Source: a virus | Strand: one strand, 5' to 3' | DNA length: 64,000 nucleotides | IMG/VR virus record: IMGVR_UViG_3300045988_077276 | Coordinates: 6,783-70,782 of that record | Shown here: piece by piece, positions 16,494 to 25,284 of the stretch | Layout of the letters: every line of letters starts with the position of its first letter | Numbering within the stretch: the first letter of the stretch is position 1 | The notes under the pieces: model-generated | What the model was told of the DNA's origin: nothing | Database searches by the model: none | The model's input: only the letters and a program-made list of their open reading frames with translations | Translations under genes and position numbers: made by a program

Positions 16494-16845
16494 ATTGTAT
16501 GGTAAAACATACGAGTTAAAGAAAACTGCAAAACCAGATGAGGTTATTGACTTATTGATTGATGTCTTATGCGAGCATACAGACGACCCAATCCAAGTCT
16601 TATCACAAGTGAAAGACCAATATCTACATGGACTCGTTCCAAGGTATATAAACTTAAGAACTGCATTGAACAACGCTGGTGTAATGCAAAAGGAATTAAG
16701 TGATATTCTATATATGACACCACAAGATGTTAACCGTAGATTCTCTGGTGTTACAAAATGGAAGCCACTGGAGAAACGTGCGATTATGCAATTTTTGGAA
16801 GACCGTGGTTTTGAATATACGGAAGAACAATTGTTTACAGAATAG
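16483..16845 (+). CDS. XRE-like helix-turn-helix protein
   Basis: GGAGG lies before ATG 16483. GVMQKELSDILYMTPQDVNRRFSG resembles an XRE HTH. Confidence 0.45.
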   Translation: MKIELYGKTYELKKTAKPDEVIDLLIDVLCEHTDDPIQVLSQVKDQYLHGLVPRYINLRTALNNAGVMQKELSDILYMTPQDVNRRFSGVTKWKPLEKRAIMQFLEDRGFEYTEEQLFTE

Positions 16846-16862
16846 TGTATATGTGATATAAT
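16834..16862 (+). promoter_or_regulatory. sigma-70-like promoter
   Basis: TTTACA (16834-16839), 17-nt spacer, TGa-TATAAT (16857-16862). Confidence 0.55.
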
Positions 16863-16883
16863 GTATGTATTGGAGGTTTAATT

Positions 16884-17411
16884 ATGTCAGAATTTCAACA
16901 AGGTATGATTTTAAGAAATGTTTGTAACGATACACATTGTATTTATATCCAAGATATTCCAGATGTTGGATATGGAAAGAATTGTATAGTTTATAATCTA
17001 AAGTTAAATAGATATATCGTTACTGATGATAGACTATATGAAAGAATCGAAGACGATTGTCCGATTGTCAACGTGTTACATACCCAAGCACTTATGATTG
17101 AGTCTTATAAAGCATACATCCGTAATGCATCCGAGGGTTCTTTACTTATTGCAGAACAAGTGTTAAAACACTTTAAGCAATTACAGGGTTCTAATTTATT
17201 ACTGACAGACAATAGCGTGTTTTCTGTGAAAGACGTAAGTCTTCTCACCAGCACATTGACAACAGATTGGACAAGTCGTATTCAATTTTATGGTGTTAGA
17301 CGTTCTCCAGATGGTCACAAAAAAGTTCAAATCGCTACTTTAAGAGATTTAAAACCCAACAATATTCTATTGGATGTCTTGTGCAAATCCACACAGGAGA
17401 TGGACAAATGA
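16884..17411 (+). CDS. hypothetical protein
   Basis: 175-aa ORF with GGAGG upstream. Confidence 0.55.
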   Translation: MSEFQQGMILRNVCNDTHCIYIQDIPDVGYGKNCIVYNLKLNRYIVTDDRLYERIEDDCPIVNVLHTQALMIESYKAYIRNASEGSLLIAEQVLKHFKQLQGSNLLLTDNSVFSVKDVSLLTSTLTTDWTSRIQFYGVRRSPDGHKKVQIATLRDLKPNNILLDVLCKSTQEMDK

Positions 17412-17635
17412 AGTACGGTGGCTACGTAATAGATAACAATGATGTAATGCATAAGGTTATGGCACGAGATTCATACGATGATGCTTGCCGTCAATTACAA
17501 AAATTGTGCATGGAACTTGGGTGTTACAAAACAGGATATGCCGTTGGTCAACACGAAGACCCAGATGGTAAGATTTTCTATTTTGAATACCTAGATGTGT
17601 ATTGGATGGATGAATATGGAGAGTGGGTCGGTTAA
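17408..17635 (+). CDS. hypothetical protein
   Basis: GGAGATGG lies before ATG 17408. About 75 aa. Confidence 0.5.
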   Translation: MKYGGYVIDNNDVMHKVMARDSYDDACRQLQKLCMELGCYKTGYAVGQHEDPDGKIFYFEYLDVYWMDEYGEWVG

Positions 17636-17859
17636 TGTTTAATGTATATTGGGCAAAACCACAGAAACAAATCAAGGAATACCACGGTTCGTATGACACG
17701 TTTGAACAAGCGATGCAATCTATTAAAGATTGGTGGAGAGAAAACGATTATCGACCACGGTATTATCGTGTGATTGAACACGGTCAATCTTTTACGATTG
17801 ATTATGGATTATACAATTGTTTTTATGAAATTGAGTTTGAACCAAAGGAGAAAGAATAA
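17635..17859 (+). CDS. hypothetical protein
   Basis: TAATG stop/start overlap at 17635. About 74 aa. Confidence 0.5.
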   Translation: MFNVYWAKPQKQIKEYHGSYDTFEQAMQSIKDWWRENDYRPRYYRVIEHGQSFTIDYGLYNCFYEIEFEPKEKE

Positions 17860-18122
17860 TGTATGCAACACAAGAAGACGTGTTAGAAGTGGCACGGTCG
17901 TTAGCAACACAAGCAACGCTATTAAGAAAACAATCATCCCTCATCGACAGGTCAACAGAATTAAATAAGTTACAACACATTCGTATTTCTGCCTTGGAAG
18001 AACAATCGGATTTCTTGTTTAAACGCATCTGTAGAATCCATAAACAAATCTTTTGGTATCTGATTGCGATTATCATTGTAAATCTCGGTGGCTTAATTGC
18101 GTTCCATATGGTGACACCATGA
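17859..18122 (+). CDS. coiled-coil protein with C-terminal transmembrane helix
   Basis: 87 aa with C-terminal FWYLIAIIIVNLGGLIAF. Confidence 0.5.
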   Translation: MYATQEDVLEVARSLATQATLLRKQSSLIDRSTELNKLQHIRISALEEQSDFLFKRICRIHKQIFWYLIAIIIVNLGGLIAFHMVTP

Positions 18123-18361
18123 CCAACGAAGAACAATCTATGGTCGGTCTATTGTTGCATGACTTTGAAACACGTTTCAATAATCACATTGAATGTTTAC
18201 CAAAGTATTACGATAGAACAAAGTCCATTGATAATCGTTTACGACAGGTCGAAGATGTTGTATCTAAACGCAAGTATAACAACTTATTGATTGTTATAAA
18301 TGTGTTCTTTTGGATTGTCATTTTTGATACGATTGCGATTTTATATTTGTTGTTCTCCTAG
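18119..18361 (+). CDS. coiled-coil protein with C-terminal transmembrane helix
   Basis: ATGA overlap at 18119. C-terminal LLIVINVFFWIVIFDTIAILYLLF. Same architecture as the preceding gene. Confidence 0.5.
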   Translation: MTNEEQSMVGLLLHDFETRFNNHIECLPKYYDRTKSIDNRLRQVEDVVSKRKYNNLLIVINVFFWIVIFDTIAILYLLFS

Positions 18362-18370
18362 GAGGTTTTA

Positions 18371-19033
18371 ATGCAAGTAACATTACAGAATTATACACCG
18401 CTTGATACGGCTGCACACGCAATGGGTCAATGCTATGGTAAGACTTTAAGTGTTGATGCCTTAGTGCGAGCCGTTCATAGCGGTCATTTATCACTATTGG
18501 AACACACGTTGGTGACATTCGATATTGAAATGTCGCAAAAATGCCTTGCACAAATTACACGACACAGACATTTGTCTTTCACCGTGAAATCTACACGTGG
18601 CACAGACTTTGCGGATTCCACATGGTTTGATTCAACCGAGCATCCAGAGATTACCAAAGACATGGGTCAACTCATGAATAAATTAATCGAGAATCAAATT
18701 CTGGAATACAGACGGTTGGTTCAATCTGGAGTGCCATATCAAGTTGCAGCCTATGTGTTACCATTGGCGACAAACGTGACAATGACCGTAAGTGGTTCAT
18801 TGCGAACATGGATGGAGTATTTACCGAAGCGATTATGCAAACGTGCATCTACGGAACACCAACAGGTGGCACGAGAGATTTACCATAAGCTAAATATGAT
18901 TTATCCATCGTTGGTCAATCTCACTACGTTGGGAATGTGTAACGGTTGTACAGAAACTTCATGTGATTTTACAACACATAAGAAACAACCGAAAACACCT
19001 GTTGTTATTGAATTACGGAAAGAAGACAAATAA
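18371..19033 (+). CDS. thyX: flavin-dependent thymidylate synthase ThyX
   Basis: ThyX signature ITRHRHLSFTVKSTR (RHRxxS....S.R). Confidence 0.85.
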   Translation: MQVTLQNYTPLDTAAHAMGQCYGKTLSVDALVRAVHSGHLSLLEHTLVTFDIEMSQKCLAQITRHRHLSFTVKSTRGTDFADSTWFDSTEHPEITKDMGQLMNKLIENQILEYRRLVQSGVPYQVAAYVLPLATNVTMTVSGSLRTWMEYLPKRLCKRASTEHQQVAREIYHKLNMIYPSLVNLTTLGMCNGCTETSCDFTTHKKQPKTPVVIELRKEDK

Positions 19034-19308
19034 TGAATATTTTGAAAAACATTCTATTGGTTATCATTGGTATTCTTGGTAGTATCGGCGTTGTAGTCGT
19101 GGCACTTGCAACAAAATTCGCATGGCTTGCCACAGGTATTGCCTTTGTGTTGTATCTATTGCAATTTTATGTGACTGATTTCGCAACAGTTGCGATGATA
19201 TTCTGGATTGCTGTCAAGTTGTCAATCGTACTTGGGGTTGTTCTTATTGTTCTTGCCCTAGGCAAAGTACTTGTTGATACGGAGGAACGTAATGGAAAAG
19301 GTCTATAA
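19033..19308 (+). CDS. membrane protein (three predicted helices)
   Basis: 91-aa, strongly hydrophobic ORF. Confidence 0.55.
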   Translation: MNILKNILLVIIGILGSIGVVVVALATKFAWLATGIAFVLYLLQFYVTDFATVAMIFWIAVKLSIVLGVVLIVLALGKVLVDTEERNGKGL

Positions 19309-19519
19309 TGTCACCTATAGTGGCACATTCTATGGTGAAGCACGGATTACCGCCCATAGTGAAGAAGAAGCATATGATATTGCATCTGACTTAACGGATT
19401 GTTTCGACATTCATACAACCATCTGTCAATACGATGTGGATGGTCAGGTCGAAGAAGTGACAATTTCTGACATCGAAGAAGAAGAACCAGATTACGAGGA
19501 AGACGAGGAGGATTTATAA
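19292..19519 (+). CDS. hypothetical protein with acidic tail
   Basis: GGAGGA lies before ATG 19292. C-terminus is DIEEEEPDYEEDEEDL. Confidence 0.5.
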   Translation: MEKVYNVTYSGTFYGEARITAHSEEEAYDIASDLTDCFDIHTTICQYDVDGQVEEVTISDIEEEEPDYEEDEEDL

Positions 19520-19791
19520 TGCTTCGTGAAGTACTTCGTAATTTTCAGTTTACCGAGGGCGATTTAATTTATATTGAGGGTCGTCCAGCCCTAGTCATAA
19601 ATGCATACACAACATGGATTAAGGTTCTAATGCTTCGGAATGGCAAAATTGAAACCAGAAACATTGAAAGAGAGCGTATCGGTAACGCATGGAATAATGT
19701 GCATATTGACTATTATGAAACTATCAATTTAACACCAGATATGGAAAAGTTAATAGAGTTCTTAACTGGTGCTTCACACCTAGGGAGATAA
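19519..19791 (+). CDS. small beta-rich protein, paralog family A1
   Basis: FTEGDLIYIEGRPALVINAYTTWIKVLMLRNGKIETRNI parallels the next gene. Confidence 0.5.
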   Translation: MLREVLRNFQFTEGDLIYIEGRPALVINAYTTWIKVLMLRNGKIETRNIERERIGNAWNNVHIDYYETINLTPDMEKLIEFLTGASHLGR

Positions 19792-19792
19792 C

Positions 19793-20056
19793 ATGAATAC
19801 GCATGATTTCAAACGTGGTGACCTTGTGTATGCCAATGGTTTGCCAGCCGTGGTATATTATGTGTCGCCACTACAGATACGCATACTAATGCTGAAGCGT
19901 GGTGACTTAAAAACATATCGGATTAATCGTGACGAAACATACGGAAACATACGAAATGTCCGCATTGAGTTTATTAAAGCATCAAAAGAAAACTTGGTAA
20001 TTGATTCTATTATGGATTCGTTACGTAAGATTGGAGAAAAGTATGAACACTATTAA
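19793..20056 (+). CDS. small beta-rich protein, paralog family A2
   Basis: FKRGDLVYANGLPAVVYYVSPLQIRILMLKRGDLKTYRI is a tandem paralog of 19519-19791. Confidence 0.5.
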   Translation: MNTHDFKRGDLVYANGLPAVVYYVSPLQIRILMLKRGDLKTYRINRDETYGNIRNVRIEFIKASKENLVIDSIMDSLRKIGEKYEHY

Positions 20057-20486
20057 GCCAAAGTTTAAACATGGTGATATTATCTCATGTAAATCTGGGA
20101 ATACATGGATTGTCGCCCAAGCAAGCAATGATACAGGGTGCTATTATGGGTTTAACGTAGACTCAACGTATACAATGCCATATGAAAGACAAGACAATTT
20201 CAAGAAGATTGGTGAGTTCCCATTAAAAACCATCAATGATGCCATTGACGATGCCAAACGACAATCACTTGATTTACAAACACAAGTCAATATAGCAGTC
20301 AATCTAATGGGGCAACTGTTGGGTACAAACGATGCGTTATTATTGGTGTTGACCGATATGCGTGTTGACAAAGATAAAAACATTGTGTTGGTCAAATGTT
20401 CTGATGGCATCGGAAGACCAGACAGATGGATACCGATTGTTGACCTGTGTGAAGAATATGGAGTAAATACAGATGGACTTCGATAG
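20043..20486 (+). CDS. hypothetical protein (N-terminus related to family A)
   Basis: ATG at 20043. FKHGDIISCKSGNTWIVAQ resembles the same small-domain start. Confidence 0.5.
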   Translation: MNTIKPKFKHGDIISCKSGNTWIVAQASNDTGCYYGFNVDSTYTMPYERQDNFKKIGEFPLKTINDAIDDAKRQSLDLQTQVNIAVNLMGQLLGTNDALLLVLTDMRVDKDKNIVLVKCSDGIGRPDRWIPIVDLCEEYGVNTDGLR

Positions 20487-20994
20487 ACATAATCTATTGG
20501 TTCTCTGGGGTTTGCCAGCCAGTGGCAAGTCAACCTATGTGAGAGAACACAAGTTGGAAGACTATTGTGTATCTTATGACCACATTCGTGATATTATCGG
20601 TGGTAAACATTATGCGTTCCGATATGGTAAGCTGCAAATTGACCCAGATGTGGAACGTGCTGCACACCAGATGTCGTTATATGCAATCTCATGCCGTATG
20701 CGGACTGGGGATTTTATCGTGTATGATAACACAAATACATTACCGCAAGACGTTCTCAACCAAGAAATGCAATTCTTAAAAGACTTGTGTGATATACATG
20801 ATTACACATTATGGTACAAGCGGTTTGATACCGATGTTGAAACGTGTTTAAAACGTTCTAAAGAACGCTCACGGTACGAACCAACGGAAGAAGTCATGCG
20901 ACAACAAGAGTTATACTTTAGAAGCGCACGGATGCCATCGTTTGTACGTAATTTTGATTATAGTGGATATGATGGTTTAGCATTGGAGGATTAA
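20473..20994 (+). CDS. P-loop kinase, AAA_33/polynucleotide-kinase-like
   Basis: LLVLWGLPASGKSTYV Walker A, VSYDHIR, and IVYDNTN with a later R..ER pattern, as in PNK-type kinases. Confidence 0.5.
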   Translation: MDFDRHNLLVLWGLPASGKSTYVREHKLEDYCVSYDHIRDIIGGKHYAFRYGKLQIDPDVERAAHQMSLYAISCRMRTGDFIVYDNTNTLPQDVLNQEMQFLKDLCDIHDYTLWYKRFDTDVETCLKRSKERSRYEPTEEVMRQQELYFRSARMPSFVRNFDYSGYDGLALED

Positions 20995-20996
20995 TT

Positions 20997-21398
20997 ATGG
21001 ATTTTCAAATTGGCGATGTTGTCATGTATTGTGGCTATGGTTGTATTGTTGTTGACTTTGATGAGGACAATAATTTGTTGGTACTAACAGATGGCTCTTT
21101 AACAGAAACCGAAGTTGATACCGAAGATGTTATTAAGATTGGTCATGACTATACGTTTGCACAAAGTATCGTAGATAAAATCAAGCATATTCAGTTGATA
21201 CATGAACAAGACCTGTTGGAGAACAAGTTACATCTGATTGACTGCATCCAAGCCGAAGACTTTACCCATAATGGTAACACATATACTGTCACTGGTAAAA
21301 AAAAGAAAGACAACAAGTATCTATATTGTCAGATACATGGTGAGAACGGCTATGAGTGGATACTTGTGGAAGATTTACTTGATAAATTCTTTAAGTAA
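20997..21398 (+). CDS. hypothetical protein (N-terminus related to family A)
   Basis: MDFQIGDVVMYCGYGCIVVDFDEDNNLLVL. 133 aa. Confidence 0.5.
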   Translation: MDFQIGDVVMYCGYGCIVVDFDEDNNLLVLTDGSLTETEVDTEDVIKIGHDYTFAQSIVDKIKHIQLIHEQDLLENKLHLIDCIQAEDFTHNGNTYTVTGKKKKDNKYLYCQIHGENGYEWILVEDLLDKFFK

Positions 21399-21427
21399 AC
21401 AACTTTTGTAAATTTCAAAATAAATAA

Positions 21428-21455
21428 TTGACATAAAACAACCGTATGGTATAAT
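21428..21455 (+). promoter_or_regulatory. sigma-70-like promoter P1
   Basis: TTGACA (21428-21433), 16-nt spacer, TGg-TATAAT (21450-21455). Confidence 0.6.
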
Positions 21456-21510
21456 GTAATCAACGAATGGGAAACAACCCATGTTGAAACATTATATTGT
21501 ACGGTTTTTG
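21440..21510 (+). terminator. long imperfect inverted repeat with T-run (terminator or operator candidate)
   Basis: Arms 21440-21457 and 21489-21506 pair at 15 of 18 positions, followed by TTTTT. The 5' arm overlaps the P1 -10. Confidence 0.35.
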
Positions 21511-21549
21511 TGTATCAAAATTAATCTTTAAAAATTCTCAAATTAATAC

Positions 21550-21577
21550 TTGACACATATATCAAATATGATATAAT
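21550..21577 (+). promoter_or_regulatory. sigma-70-like promoter P2
   Basis: TTGACA (21550-21555), 16-nt spacer, TGa-TATAAT (21572-21577). Confidence 0.6.
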
Positions 21578-21635
21578 GATTACAGAAACAGAAATTAGTA
21601 TTATTAATGGGGTTCATCCCCTTTAGGAGGAAATT

Positions 21636-21965
21636 ATGTTATTCAAATTCTCAAACAACACAACAACAACTTTTGTAAGAACTTTCGTATTCAATGCCAA
21701 AACGGCAGACATTATCGTTCTCGACAATGAATTGTCAAACATGAAAATTCATGTGCCAGTCAGTAGAATTGATGCAGACTTGTTAAACAAGATGTTCAAC
21801 ACTATGACACATAAGTTATTAAACGATGCATTGGACAATCGTATTCCATACGTATATGTCAACTTGCGATTGTTCGTTGAAAACTATGAAAAGTCACTTG
21901 CTGCTGGTTATGATTCTATTGGATATGACCGTACAACAGGTTGTAAGAAAAGCGTCACCCTATAG
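21636..21965 (+). CDS. hypothetical protein
   Basis: AGGAGG upstream. 109 aa. Confidence 0.55.
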   Translation: MLFKFSNNTTTTFVRTFVFNAKTADIIVLDNELSNMKIHVPVSRIDADLLNKMFNTMTHKLLNDALDNRIPYVYVNLRLFVENYEKSLAAGYDSIGYDRTTGCKKSVTL

Positions 21966-21976
21966 GAGGTTATAAC

Positions 21977-22315
21977 ATGGCAAGTCTACCAGAGTTTTTG
22001 CAACACTTGAAATGTTTCGATGGTTGGGAAGTCCAAAGTGACCCCAAAGAAGCCGTCAAACGGTACTATGAGAAACATCCAAACGAACTATTGAAGAAAC
22101 AACGCAAAACAAAACCAAAGCCAAAACGAATGTATGGCAAGAGTTATGGAGCATTGGATTTACCACCAAGACCCTGTGAGGAGTGTGGTCAAATGTTTAA
22201 ACCATCACAAATTCGTTCTCGGTTTTGTTCACACAAATGTAGCGGTCGTTACCACAGTCGCAAACAGTATGCAAAACTAAAGGAACAAGATTTAGATTTA
22301 ATGGAGGGAATATAA
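21977..22315 (+). CDS. basic protein with C-terminal zinc-ribbon-like motif
   Basis: CEECGQMFKPSQIRSRFCSHKCSGRYH. AGGAGG upstream. Confidence 0.5.
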   Translation: MASLPEFLQHLKCFDGWEVQSDPKEAVKRYYEKHPNELLKKQRKTKPKPKRMYGKSYGALDLPPRPCEECGQMFKPSQIRSRFCSHKCSGRYHSRKQYAKLKEQDLDLMEGI

Positions 22316-22480
22316 ATGGTTTACATTACAGTTAGAGAATTAAAGGATACGCATAGAACATATGTGTACGAAGATGATACATATGTTATGATTGATGGTC
22401 AATTTATTATGGCAAAGGATGTCAAACCCAATACATGGTGGGATGACGAGTATATTACGGAAACGGAGGTACGACATTGA
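22316..22480 (+). CDS. small hypothetical protein (54 aa, below the track cutoff)
   Basis: GGAGGG lies before ATG 22316. Translation: MVYITVRELKDTHRTYVYEDDTYVMIDGQFIMAKDVKPNTWWDDEYITETEVRH. Confidence 0.4.
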   Translation: MVYITVRELKDTHRTYVYEDDTYVMIDGQFIMAKDVKPNTWWDDEYITETEVRH

Positions 22481-22674
22481 ATATTATAACACAAATCAAA
22501 CATGATTGTTATTCTCGTGCCAAATGGATACGTGAACAAACCTTACTGGGGATTAAATTGGATGAACTAGAGTTACAATCTGCACGGAATCTGGCGTATA
22601 ATGCCTTTAAATGGGATTTTGATTCCGCAGCAAGTGAACTACAGAAAGCCATTAAAGAAAACCAAGCATTGTAG
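22477..22674 (+). CDS. hypothetical protein
   Basis: TTG start overlapping the upstream stop, with GGAGG 8 nt upstream. 65 aa. Confidence 0.45.
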   Translation: MNIITQIKHDCYSRAKWIREQTLLGIKLDELELQSARNLAYNAFKWDFDSAASELQKAIKENQAL

Positions 22675-22701
22675 TCGTTAGAATACAAAGGAGATAAAAC
22701 A

Positions 22702-23151
22702 TTGTCAAATCGAAGCTATACACCAAGAAATCTATTATTGGATGCCACTTGTGGTTATCCCCTTGCACACTATGTTGAAACTCTCGCCAGCAACATTGAT
22801 ATGAACAAAGATGATACCAATGTGGAACTCAATACGTTGCGTTTGTCCATCTACAAGGGTATTCTAAGCGTGTTGCAACAAGATGCCTTAAGCGTTGAAA
22901 AATTACAGGAGCAAATCGCTGGATGGAAAACCATTAAGAAAATCGAAGACATCTCCAAGTTGATTAATGATGTAGATACATCGACACTCACCAAAGACGA
23001 CCTAAGGAATGTCAAACGTGCCATCAAAGAGTTAGACGAGGTTGTAACGGCTATTGTCGATGGTATGAACAAAGTAATCAACAAATGTGCCACTTTGGCA
23101 AACAAGCACGAAAAGGTCATTGAAAATCACATGGATAAAACGGAGGAATAG
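22702..23151 (+). CDS. hypothetical protein
   Basis: AAGGAGA lies before the TTG at 22702. 149 aa, helical. Confidence 0.5.
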   Translation: MSNRSYTPRNLLLDATCGYPLAHYVETLASNIDMNKDDTNVELNTLRLSIYKGILSVLQQDALSVEKLQEQIAGWKTIKKIEDISKLINDVDTSTLTKDDLRNVKRAIKELDEVVTAIVDGMNKVINKCATLANKHEKVIENHMDKTEE

Positions 23152-23155
23152 AATA

Positions 23156-23515
23156 TTGTCATATAGAACTTTTAGCCAAGTAATGTATCGTGTGGAAAAC
23201 GTGTATCGTTTGTTGCCACCAGATTTCTTCGAGGGCAACTATGAAACGTATGTTGTCAATACGAACGATGGTCATATGCTGGCTTTCAATCGCAAAACCA
23301 AGCATTATGATGTTGTTAAACAAACAACTGAATTATTCTTTTATCGGAACAATGGTTTGTTGACACATTATTCCCATAGTCATGGAATTTTCGATGATAA
23401 ACCAACAATGCATTGGGTCAAACGTGACGACCAATTTACGGACGAAGAATACGATTTCATTTGTCAAATCGAAGATGCGTTACTAATCGAAGCAACACAG
23501 GAGGGGTGGTTGTAA
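23156..23515 (+). CDS. hypothetical protein
   Basis: GGAGGA lies 8 nt before the in-frame TTG at 23156. An alternative ATG is at 23183. Confidence 0.45.
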   Translation: MSYRTFSQVMYRVENVYRLLPPDFFEGNYETYVVNTNDGHMLAFNRKTKHYDVVKQTTELFFYRNNGLLTHYSHSHGIFDDKPTMHWVKRDDQFTDEEYDFICQIEDALLIEATQEGWL

Positions 23516-23850
23516 TAACCACCCATGATACACACATGGATACACAACAATTGATGAAAACCATCGAAGAACAGAACCAAGTGATTATTGCCAAGGATGC
23601 CACAATTGACATTTTACAAAAAGACCTAAGGGATGCCAAAGGTGAATTACATGATATGTGTTTCGACAGGTCATGGCAAAAGATGCATAACGAATGGGTG
23701 ACAGAAGCCATGCGACAAAAGTCAGTCAAGGTTGTCGGTGGATTTGAATACAACACTCGGTATGTACCGTTGCATCTATGTATCACGTTAAACATTGCGA
23801 TTATTGCCTTTGGATTGTTTATGTTGTCTACGATGGGTGCGTTCAAATGA
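23506..23850 (+). CDS. coiled-coil protein with C-terminal transmembrane helix
   Basis: Start is uncertain (GTG 23506 or ATG 23536). C-terminus is LCITLNIAIIAFGLFMLSTMGAF. Confidence 0.4.
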   Translation: MVVITTHDTHMDTQQLMKTIEEQNQVIIAKDATIDILQKDLRDAKGELHDMCFDRSWQKMHNEWVTEAMRQKSVKVVGGFEYNTRYVPLHLCITLNIAIIAFGLFMLSTMGAFK

Positions 23851-24272
23851 GTCATCATAGTAAACCAATGGACGACTTTTGGGAACAAATGTTTGACGAA
23901 TTGGAAAACACAACGAGTAAACAATGGATGCAGTTTGTTGAAGATTACGAAAGGGAGAACCGACCAATGTTAGAAGCCATAGAATTATGCAATACGATAT
24001 TAGAACTGATTGAATCTTTGGGAGAGCCATCGTTTTTACGTTTTGATGATATTTCAATTGTAAACGAATTTGGTGAATACGATTGTTATGGTGACAAATG
24101 TTCTGATATGTACATTAGAGTCTACAGAGAAGAAAAGTTGGTTTTATTTATTGACAAAACAACGTATGATGGTGTAGTCTATGATTACGACAGAACAGTC
24201 GATAAAATACCATTCCTACAACACATTATTGAGTTGTTAAAACTAAAGTTGGAGCGTAACAAACATGAGTGA
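23847..24272 (+). CDS. hypothetical protein
   Basis: ATGA overlap at 23847. About 141 aa. Confidence 0.5.
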   Translation: MSHHSKPMDDFWEQMFDELENTTSKQWMQFVEDYERENRPMLEAIELCNTILELIESLGEPSFLRFDDISIVNEFGEYDCYGDKCSDMYIRVYREEKLVLFIDKTTYDGVVYDYDRTVDKIPFLQHIIELLKLKLERNKHE

Positions 24273-24540
24273 TATCCATAGACCATCTGGAGAACAGTCT
24301 ATCGTTGCCGTATTCCACAACCAACCGAAACATAGGTACAAGATTACTGCTAAATACGATAATTTTCCCCAAAGTATTATCTATTACAGTAACAAAACCG
24401 CAGATGAATTAATGCGTTGGTTCTTATCAGATATACGACATGGCAATCCTTGTCTTGTTCAAGATATAAACAGTAAATACCCTGTGGTTTTAAACCTAGG
24501 AAAAGCCAATGTTATTACAATAGACATATTGGAGGAATAA
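24265..24540 (+). CDS. hypothetical protein
   Basis: 91-aa ORF overlapping the upstream stop. Confidence 0.5.
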   Translation: MSDIHRPSGEQSIVAVFHNQPKHRYKITAKYDNFPQSIIYYSNKTADELMRWFLSDIRHGNPCLVQDINSKYPVVLNLGKANVITIDILEE

Positions 24541-24542
24541 TC

Positions 24543-24941
24543 ATGTATATCACCGACAAGAAAACCTACTGTTGGACAACCGATGATTCTTGTGGACAAC
24601 CGCAAGCAACTATTCAGGATGCCATTCAAGACTTCTATGAATACGATTGTCAAAATCTTGATTGTCCAGCGGTTCTCATTGGACATCCATCGTATTATAT
24701 CCCAGAGATGTTTAACGCAGAGCAATTGATGTGGGATATGAATGACAAAATCGAAGAAGATTATGACATCACATTAAACGATGAATTGACCGTTGACCAA
24801 GACCAAGAATTGGAAGAACGGTTGCAACAAACATTATACCAATTCTTGAAAGAACACAAGTTGGACAAGCGTATATGGACTGTGTTTGAATCAACGGAAT
24901 ACAAACCAAAAGACTTTGGTATTGATTTATCTGATTTTTAA
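24543..24941 (+). CDS. hypothetical acidic protein
   Basis: GGAGGA upstream. 132 aa. Confidence 0.5.
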   Translation: MYITDKKTYCWTTDDSCGQPQATIQDAIQDFYEYDCQNLDCPAVLIGHPSYYIPEMFNAEQLMWDMNDKIEEDYDITLNDELTVDQDQELEERLQQTLYQFLKEHKLDKRIWTVFESTEYKPKDFGIDLSDF

Positions 24942-24955
24942 CCAACGGAGGAAAC

Positions 24956-25267
24956 ATGGAAGTTTATATTTTTCAAAAGAATAAACGATGTCCATATCTA
25001 CACTATGCCTTTCTGACAACAGAAATAGAGCGGTATGCCAATGAGAACTTAGACTGGCAAACTAAGTCAGAACACCAAGTAGATATTCCGTTTTTATACA
25101 AATGGTTAGCCGATGTACACCAACGCAAAGAATCTTATCTAAAAGATTGTAATGAAACACAAGGTTTAATTTATCGAATATCAGCAGAAACGTTGCAAGA
25201 TATTATTGATATTGTAGAACCTATGAGTGGAGAAAGTTGGTTTGAGGTTTATTTAACACGATTTTAA
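24956..25267 (+). CDS. hypothetical protein
   Basis: GGAGGA upstream. 103 aa. Confidence 0.5.
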   Translation: MEVYIFQKNKRCPYLHYAFLTTEIERYANENLDWQTKSEHQVDIPFLYKWLADVHQRKESYLKDCNETQGLIYRISAETLQDIIDIVEPMSGESWFEVYLTRF

Positions 25268-25284
25268 CCCTAGGAGGAAAACAC

